DNA of 60,363 nt, counting the filler, from Sphacelaria rigidula (Eukaryota): assembly GCA_964200075.2 (NCBI GenBank). It is 5 parts of 5 records of this genome, joined end to end, with 100 filler letters (N's around TTAATTAATTAA, not from the genome) between each part and the next. Parts side by side here need not be neighbours in the genome. Positions count along the whole stretch, not along the records: positions 48,372 to 60,363 come from CAXNAA020004264.1; 4 more parts are not named here. The stretch is one strand, 5' to 3'. The translations under genes were made by a program, and so were the position numbers. Below are positions 52,401 through 60,363 of this stretch, piece after piece. The notes under the pieces were generated by a model that did no database searches, was not told where the DNA came from, and saw nothing but the letters and a program-made list of their open reading frames with translations. Each line of letters opens with the position of its first letter. The stretch's first letter is position 1.

Positions 52401-55400
52401 TGGATGAAAAAGGGTCATAATGGGTATTTTTGGACACTATTTTAGTGTAGATAACCAACTTTTTTTTTTTTTGCATCAGCTTCGTTTGCAATTTATCCTT
52501 TTAACGAACCCAGCTACAGGATGATCGTCAACGTTTGAACACCCAAACGATCAAATGCCCATAAGTTCCCAGACTCATGGAACAGAGGAAGTACAACACT
52601 AATTTGACAGTTGAGGCAAAATAAATACAATGAAGAAATAGGGAGGGGATTGAAACGAGGAAAAATATCGAGAGGGAAACAGAGCTTCCTTTCCCAACAC
52701 GATTAAAGGCCCCCTCCTACCTCTTCCTGGAGCACCTCCACCTTCCTCTGCAGCTCTGCCGCAGTGCTCGTCGCACGTTTCACTTCTTCCCCTTGCGTGC
52801 GGGTCGCATTCTTGACAGCCGCAGCCGCCGCTGCCGCCGCTGCCGCCCTCTTTTTCTTCGCCCTCTCGGCGTTCCTCAAGGCCGCCTCCCGGTCCGCCGC
52901 CACCGCACCGGCACGGGTTCGCGCCCGCCATCGCCCGAATCTCACCCTCAAACAGCATCGCTGGCGGTTTCGCAGCAAGCGACATAGAGTGGCTTGCCGA
53001 GCCTTCTCGAGTAGCACTCTGTTTTGCTCGTTCTCGCCGGTGTCGAGGGGCAGAGCGGCCAGAATGCGCCATGTCGCCAGGGCGCTGGAGAGTGGACGGC
53101 GCCAAAACAGATTACGCAGGACGCGCGACAGTGCGGCGGTGCGGGCCCGTCTAGCCGCGGCCTGCCGGCGCCACGCGCAGAGCACAATCGACGCGACCCG
53201 CCTCTTCCGTTGGGCCGCTATGACTTCAACGAGCCTGGCTTCGGTCTCGCTCAATCTTGTCCGGAGATGCCAGCGGGGGCTAACCTTCGTGGCCTCCTCT
53301 CCCCCGACCTTGCCCGCCTTGTGAACTGTCACGCTCGATCGTCTGCCTGACTGGTACCGCTCACTTGATCGGGCGGCGGTCACTGTCGGGTGGGCTGCTG
53401 CCGCCGCTACAGCGCAGGGTTGTGGAGGACTGCCCCCGGTGTTCCTATCAGCGACCGACGAGATTTCTTCGGCGTCAGTCGCGATGGACGGGGTAAGCAC
53501 GTTCCGCCATCTGTTGCGTATTGCGATAGTACGTTGCAGAAGGTCGGATGATTCAAGGCGTGGGGTGCGCCTCGGAGGTTTTAGTAAGAAACACGAGTGG
53601 GCTCAAGGTCGAAACCGTCAAAACAAGCCAATGTTGGCGAGATAATAATTTTCGCAAGCTTCTCGAGACAACATCCCATGGGCGACAATAACTCGCATGT
53701 TTACGCCTGGGGCGATGAACTTTGCAAGCAACAGTGGATTGACAACGCTGACCATCTCTCAAGTGATACTTACTGTACGAGCTAAGCTGCAGTTGACCCC
53801 AAGACATTACGGAACAGCCGATCCAACAGCTAACAGCCAACAGCCGATCCAACAGCAACAACCCCCGTCGATACAACACCGCTCATAACCGGCATGTTGC
53901 GAAGATATCATTGGTACAAGGTGGCTCCTCCGAGCTCGGAGGATGGTACTATAAGAAAATACAAATGCACACCACAAAACATCCACGCCGGACTAGTACA
54001 GTATCGAAGCTAACCTCTCAGTATCACTCTGCCGTCCGCTCCTTCACATGGTGAAAATGGTTGATGGGGACCTGTGTGGCCACGCCTATGGTCTGTGATG
54101 AATGGTTTCGCGTGCAGTGGGTCTCATGTGAACGGGGTACTTCTGATGCAGTAATTAGATAAGTCGTTTGGTCTCTCGCAGTTGGTGAGTGCGGCGGGTT
54201 CGTGAACGGTGTGCGGAATCTACCACACCACTCGAATGCACAATAGGTGCAGTCTTCACCACCATGCCAGTCTTGGCTACGGAGTAACCACAGACGGCAG
54301 AGGAATGACAGGCGGGCAGACACAGGAGATGCTCAGACTTTGTGCCCTCGAGAGACATGACGGGGATATCTATACTGCTGTATGATATAGATGTAGCCGT
54401 TGACGAAAACAATCGAGTGCGTCGGCCACAGGTGCCTGTACAACACACCGGGTATACTGAGTGTGCTGGAACAAACACACATGTGTGTACCCTGTGCAGT
54501 GAGTGTATCACCAAAACATGCTCAACGTGCGCCATGCGCTGCCTCAAAGAGGGTTGAAGACTTTCCCGGCATAGGCAGAGAGTAGCCGCTAGCGTATTTT
54601 GCAGCAGTACGTAGCGGTAGCGGAGGATACACCACTTGTAGCGCATGAATACGGTACGCACAGAACGGAAACAAAGTGCGCTTTGGCTCCAAATAATGAC
54701 CACAAACATTACACGCGTCGGACAACTCATGAGTCAAGTTACTCATCTTTTATAACTCCCCCGGCCAGAATATGCATCGCTGATTAATGCTGTACAACTC
54801 ACTCGGCCAGAATATGCACTGCTGAGTTATGCTGTATAACTCACCTGGCCAAGATATGCACCGCTGAGTTATCTCCTATAAGTCACCCAGCAAAAATACG
54901 CACCGCTGAGGTATCTCCTACAACTCACCCTGCCAGAATCTGCGCCGCTGAGTTATGTAGTATAACTCACCCAGCCAGATTTTGCTTTGCTGAGCTATGC
55001 TGTATAACTCATCCGGCCAGAATGTGCACCACCGAGTTACTGTAAGTTGCTATAACTCACAGATAAGTTCTGCGGAAAAGAGTTGACCCATGTTAGCCTG
55101 AGTTAAGTTGTCTGACGTGTGAAACATTGGCGAGGGTAGTCGCGCACTATCTTCTGTACATTCACCTGGAAATCCCCGTGATCATAAGAGCGGACGTGAT
55201 ATGGTACAGCAGTTTCGACCCCCGAATCAATGTCCATATTTGTCAGTCTGAGGCCCCTTGGAACGAAAGGAACAAGGCCGGACCTATTTGATGCGCACAG
55301 GTTTGACATCCAGGGTTTCGCGCGCACACTTTTACGCGCAGGGTGGTGATTTGTAATCAAGGGAAGAGTCGAGTCGATGACAGCAACTGCGCCATTGAGG

Positions 55401-56047
55401 GACGGCTAGAAACAGGGAAATAACTACAAGTAGTGCTCGGATGTATGACATCGATGTTTCGCTCAGTTTACTCCGTTTGCCCCATCTCTTTTTTTTCCTC
55501 CTTATTTTTCTCTTGTCTTTCTCCTTCCTCAGATTTCCTTCAGGGAGTGTTTCCGCTTTGTCTACCCTTGGCACGCCCATCTGACGACGACTACAGCCGG
55601 ATCTCTCGAGGATCAGTTCATATGCGACAATCAGCCAATCAAATCCAGTCAACAGTTGTACACATGACTTCAACTATTCCAGGTTCTTCATGCACATTCT
55701 CTTCTCCTTTCATCAATGGCCCTCGTCATCTGCGGGTGACCGTGAGGTGTCGGCCATGCCTACACTGTCCAGACTAGATAGCGAGTCAGCAACCCCCTCA
55801 GCGCCGTTGCGTCGTTGCCATCTTCTGTATATGAAACTACTTGCCTTGTCATTGACCACGTAAGCCCGCGTCGGTGATGCCACAGCGCCGATCCCTGCAA
55901 GGCGTCTCGATACCGCCTTTTACCAACAGCTGCTTGCCGCCACGCTTGGCATCCGGACCGCAGTGCTCTTTCTCGACGTCGGCGGCCCAACATCTGCGCC
56001 ACACGATCTGCTAAAGCTTCAGCGCGCTTCTCCTCACGAGCCATCTC
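49499..56047 (-). CDS. Sfi1-like centrin-binding repeat / coiled-coil protein, partial at both ends. Exons: 56047-55845, 53510-52721, 50557-49815, 49661-49499
   Basis: Phase-consistent splicing (first intron GC-AG) and GC-rich exons. Ala/Arg-rich helical sequence with recurring (A/L)xxW motifs; two consecutive Trp spacings (LREW, VAAW, LGVW) are exactly 33 aa. Confidence 0.75.
51288..51733. mobile_element. ~445-bp foldback (hairpin) element in an intron
   Basis: Arms are reverse-complementary from CAGTCGCTCATCAAAATTGAGG / CCTCAATTTAGATGATCGGCTG in to a centre near 51508. Confidence 0.85.
54711..55121. repeat. 42-bp minisatellite (~7.5 units, 54751-55070) inside a TIR-bounded element
   Basis: Unit TATAACTCACCCGGCCAGAATATGCACCGCTGAGTTATGCTG starts at 54751, 54793, 54835, 54877, 54919, 54961 and 55003. 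Flanks are CGTCGGACAACT / AGTTGTCTGACG. Confidence 0.85.
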
Positions 56048-57816
56048 CTGCCGGATATACCCAAAACCGTAGAGAAACATCCCGCGGTGAAGAACTGACT
56101 GTCAAGCAATACCGTAGGTACGGTGAAAGGGTGCAGTGTTGCACAGCTGTCGAATCGGGAAAGGTGGGCCGACACAGCAGCACAAAACGAGTAGCGGAAC
56201 GAGATGGGGTGAAATAGCACTCCACACTATCTGCCCCATGCATACACTCACGTGGGTTTACGAGGTGCACTACAAGGTGGTCTCAGACTTTGGTATCAAG
56301 TGATTTGTTTCAACCGTGAGGGTTTCTGAGTTGAACCCCAATTTTTCGAGCTATAGTAGTTATCACCGAGTATGCACGCAGTGCCAAAAAAACTACCCGT
56401 GAATCATCCGTGTCTGGTGTGCGGTAACTGATCAACCTATCCATCGGGAGGGGGAAAGAAACACACGAAAATTGGCGAAGCTTGAGACACTATTTCCCTC
56501 AAAGGATACGCCGAACCCGAATCCAAAATAGCTCACAATAACGCGCGAGATTTTAGCTTCGATTGGTACTGCCTACAGCCTATGGATCTCCGTAGACCTC
56601 GTATGGCAGTGCAATGCATGGATAGTTGAGAATCCCGAAATGCTGGGCAAATCGCGGCGAATACTTCCAAGGGCCCAGGTGACAGTGATTGAGCTCTGTG
56701 ATAGCTCATCCTCAAGGTACGTATCGATCGGAGGCAGTGGACCTTGGTTTTTCACATGAACTGGCTACGGTGGGGGTAATTTCGAGACGCCATGTGGCTG
56801 AATTAAATCAGCAGTCTCAATCACAAGAAACGTAAAAAACTTCAACACACGCTTGGATCCCAGATACTTCGACGATGTACGCGTTGAGCTGCTGAAAAGC
56901 ACACAACATAACATGGTGAGGCTGATATTTGTTGTGCCGTCTGTACCGCCTGCGCTGCACACCCCGTGGATAATGAGAAAACTGCGTATATACAAAATGA
57001 GACAACTAAGTCAAGATTGGAATCCCAACTGCGTTTTGTGTTGTTGAGAGATTTCGCGTTGAATAGCTCTTGTGCAAGGTCAGAACCGTCTGACCGAGAA
57101 ATCTACTCCGGGGTGCGATACGCTGTTGTGATTCCTGAGCGTCCTGGGTGAAAAGAGTCATCGCACTCGAAGCCGCGAGTCGATTATGCGCCGTCGTCAA
57201 AGTTCTGTAGTTCCGTTTGAGGTCTTCGAGAAATGTTACCACCCTTGATGAAGGTCATCATAGACAGGAGATGTGGTCAAAACCACAATGTACCACCACG
57301 CCCTGTTGTCATCTCTGTGAATCATATCACAGCCGACTCTTCATTATAGGCCCCGAAAAACTAAAAAAAAGACAAAGCTGGCGTGCTGATGCCGGTGTTT
57401 CAATTCTGAAACCGTTACAAACTGCGCACCGGCGTGCAAAACTGTCCCCGTGGCACTTCATCAATGGGGGAGGGGGAGGTGTTACTATTCGATTTTGGTG
57501 TGGGACGTCCAAAAAGCACCGGCAAGGAACCCACGGCAACAAGCGTGTATAGGCAATTACAGGACTATAGCTCACGAAACCTACACGTAGACGCGCCATC
57601 AGGACACGGGTAGTGCGTTGATGCCGGTGTTTGACGTCTGAAAGAACTTTGTAACCGACGTGCCGGCGCGTAACTCTAGTATCTCGTGCCAGCAGCTTCA
57701 GTTTGTCCGAGTGCAGAACCTAGAGTCAAGCGCCATTCGGGCGCCCGCCCTTGCCAAAGTTGACACGTCCCGCGATCAGTCGAAACACCAACTCGTAGTT
57801 CATTTTGTATACGATG

Positions 57817-60092
57817 CACACACTGGACAATACAAATTGTAGTATATAAATATACATTATATTGCCCGCCCAATTCGTCGACGCGTCGCGTGTCCAGTAT
57901 ATATCGACCGAGTAAGACGACAACACGAGAGGCAGGTCAAGACATATTGTGTTATCAATATGTCAAGGCTCGCGACATGCAATATATGTCGACCGCCACC
58001 TCAACATATATTGGCCGAGTAATATGTTGGTGCGGTAAGGCGCCAATATGAACTTGTCACGTACAATACTGGCTGCCACACGAGGTCAATTTGCATTGAC
58101 GATTCAATATACTCAACACCCAAAGCGGCAATATATGTTGCTACCCCAATATGTCGTGCGTCAATGCGTCCAATTTATCTTGGGCGAACAATACACGAGG
58201 GAACTGACCGTCACAATATATGTTGTAGAGCAACATATATTACTGGTTCAATTTGTGTATCGTACAGGCTGGTTCACGGAAAAAAAAAAAACTATCAGCA
58301 AATGCATTTTGCAATACACATCCATTAGTCACATACATGGTATCATACTGACCGCAATGAACAGACGAAGAGGGTGACATAGCCGGATTTTTGTTCAAGG
58401 CTATTGCGGTGGCGCTATGGACAAAAATATGTCCCTATCAATCAGCGCCTTTCAAACTGTTCCGAAATTGAAAATACGACTTCCAAGCCCAATTCCCACC
58501 GGATCTCCGCACGCTTCAAATCGTAGTGACCGTCATCACCTCAAGAATCTAACGGGAGAATAGGATTTGAAAACGGTTCCGACGGGGTCGAATGATATCC
58601 GAAACCGTAATGTTTCGTTGATGTGGAATTTGGCGTGGTCTAATTTCCATTCATGATACGCACGAAATACCCAGGGAACCTCGTGACGATTTCCCTTACA
58701 TCTGTTGTAGAAAAGCTCAGATCATCCTCAAAATTGGCACTTCCGTAGGTATTGATGCTCCATATTGAAAAATTGTGCTCTTGGCAACGGTTCAAATTTT
58801 ATCCGTTCTCTACCGGCTTCCGGGGGTCCCAGTACAAAGACCCCCGAAAGGCGGTACAAAATGACTCAAAAGAAAAAATAGTAACATGATGCGTCCCAGG
58901 ATGGTCCACAAAACATGTGTAAAAATTTTGGTGGAGAAACTCGAAAAACTCACACAATTCTTCCTGCCTTGACGTGAAATTCACCCTAAAAGATGTTTTT
59001 ATACTCGAACCAAGTAGTTGGGAATTCGCACGTTTTAAGCTCACATCCTTGCACAAACGCGCAAATCTTCACGCATTTATTAGGAGTTAGACCCTGAGAC
59101 TTTGCAAAAATGTGCTATGACTCATCACGCAAGTGTTGATCAACGAGGTTTTTCCATTTTTTTTATTTGTTTACAGTTTTTCGGGGGTCCGACGGGATCC
59201 AAGTCGTTTTTTCAAAGTCATCCATTCTGGGACCCCGGAAAAACGGCACTACAGTATTTTTTTTCATTTTTTTCGCGAACGTTCTGCCGCCGCAAAACCC
59301 AAGGAAGAACCCCACAAAGTTTCGTGGCCAAACTCGATTACCTGGTGCTTGAAGTTTCATGTTCACGTCGAGGAAGGCCCAAAAACGCCATTTTCATTCT
59401 AAAATCCAGTAGTTTGTGGTTTCACAGTGGCACGGCAAGGTTCATCGCACAAACGCAAAAAACTTCACGCCGTTTCAAGGAGCTAGACCCTGAAATTTTG
59501 CACAGGTGTGCCAAGGTTCATTACGCAACTTTGTATGGGCGATTTTTTTTTATTTTATTTACCGTTTTACGGGGGACAGACTGGATCGAAGTTTTCCCGG
59601 GAAAACGGTGAAAAAAGTAAAAAAGTAAAAAAAAAAAACTCGTCCATACAAGGTTGCGTAATGGCCCACAGCACACCTGTGCAAAATTTCAGGGTCTAGC
59701 TGCTTCAAACGGCGTGATGTTTCGCCGATGAGTGCTTTTGGGGTTTTTTCCATGAACCAGCCTGTCAAGTGTTTTTTTTTGTATGTGGTGGGCACTTTTT
59801 CGTTCGCGGGTGCCATTGAAATATGTATCACCAGATGCCGACAACGCTCAATATATTTCTTCGCTGGCGTGTCCAACACATATTGGCTGCACGATAGATA
59901 TGCGATGAACGTGCGTAACATGTACTGTAAAAGCAATACCTTGCATGGTTTGTATTCAATATTTATTACGGCAAAAATATGTTATGCATCGCTTCGACTC
60001 AACTTCTGTTGACATTCCAATACACACACGGCCGGCACGAACAATATATATTGAACATCTTGTTCCCGGAGCAAGTACATGCCCAGTATATA
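57817..60092. mobile_element. Putative non-autonomous DNA element rich in CAATAT/ATATTG motifs, split by a family D insertion
   Basis: The motif recurs in both orientations at 57820-58260 and 59810-60090. Weak terminal match CACACTGGACA / TGCCCAGTATA. Confidence 0.4.
58265..59764. mobile_element. Complete 1.5-kb family D element
   Basis: TA-CAGGCTGGTTCACGGAAAAAA ... TTTTTTCCATGAACCAGCCTG; internal direct and inverted subrepeats; no transposase ORF. Confidence 0.8.
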
Positions 60093-60363
60093 CAGGCATG
60101 CGTTCCTTCATGATCATGGCACGAGAAATATGTGCAGCCGTTTCAATATCTCCGAGGAAATCTGAACACAACACATTCTGTAAGGAGCACAGAACTAGAG
60201 ACCCGAGGGGTACCAAAAGCCGCATATCGACCTACGTTTCCTGCCATCTTACTGTTCAGTCACTATTTCAAGGGTCGGACAAATAATGATTCGTCTGGAA
60301 ATAACTTGGTTTTAGTATGATTGATTCGACTCGTACGAATCAATCCCTAGGCGTTGTTTTCAG

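Noticed and set aside
54751..55070. CRISPR-like array
   Set aside because: The inter-stem segments are homologous to each other rather than unique spacers, there are no cas genes, and it sits in a eukaryotic intron.

Overview
Eukaryotic DNA, most likely from a brown alga (inferred from long introns, tRNA-derived SINEs, CCCTAA tracts and stramenopile-style genes). The window is not one locus. It is five pieces of 11994, 11993, 11992, 11992 and 11992 bp joined by identical 100-bp N44-TTAATTAATTAA-N44 spacers, which looks like length-sorted contigs concatenated together. Piece 1 holds a complete 4-exon class I SAM methyltransferase gene with a signal peptide or anchor, and a decayed Copia element in intron 2. 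Piece 2 holds a minus-strand multi-exon gene, truncated at its 3' end, encoding a carbohydrate-binding-like domain with an inserted F5/8C (discoidin) domain and the start of an IPT/TIG domain. Piece 3 holds a full-length but dead chromodomain Gypsy element lying between two ~800-bp inverted repeats. Piece 4 is mostly MITE, foldback and SINE DNA plus decayed Cys-rich and CoiA-like ORFs. Piece 5 holds part of an Sfi1-like centrin-binding gene whose introns carry hairpin elements. I found no intact novel enzyme system. The best leads are the decayed virus-like CoiA/Cys-rich module seen in two pieces, the large inverted-repeat unit, and the two unusual protein architectures.
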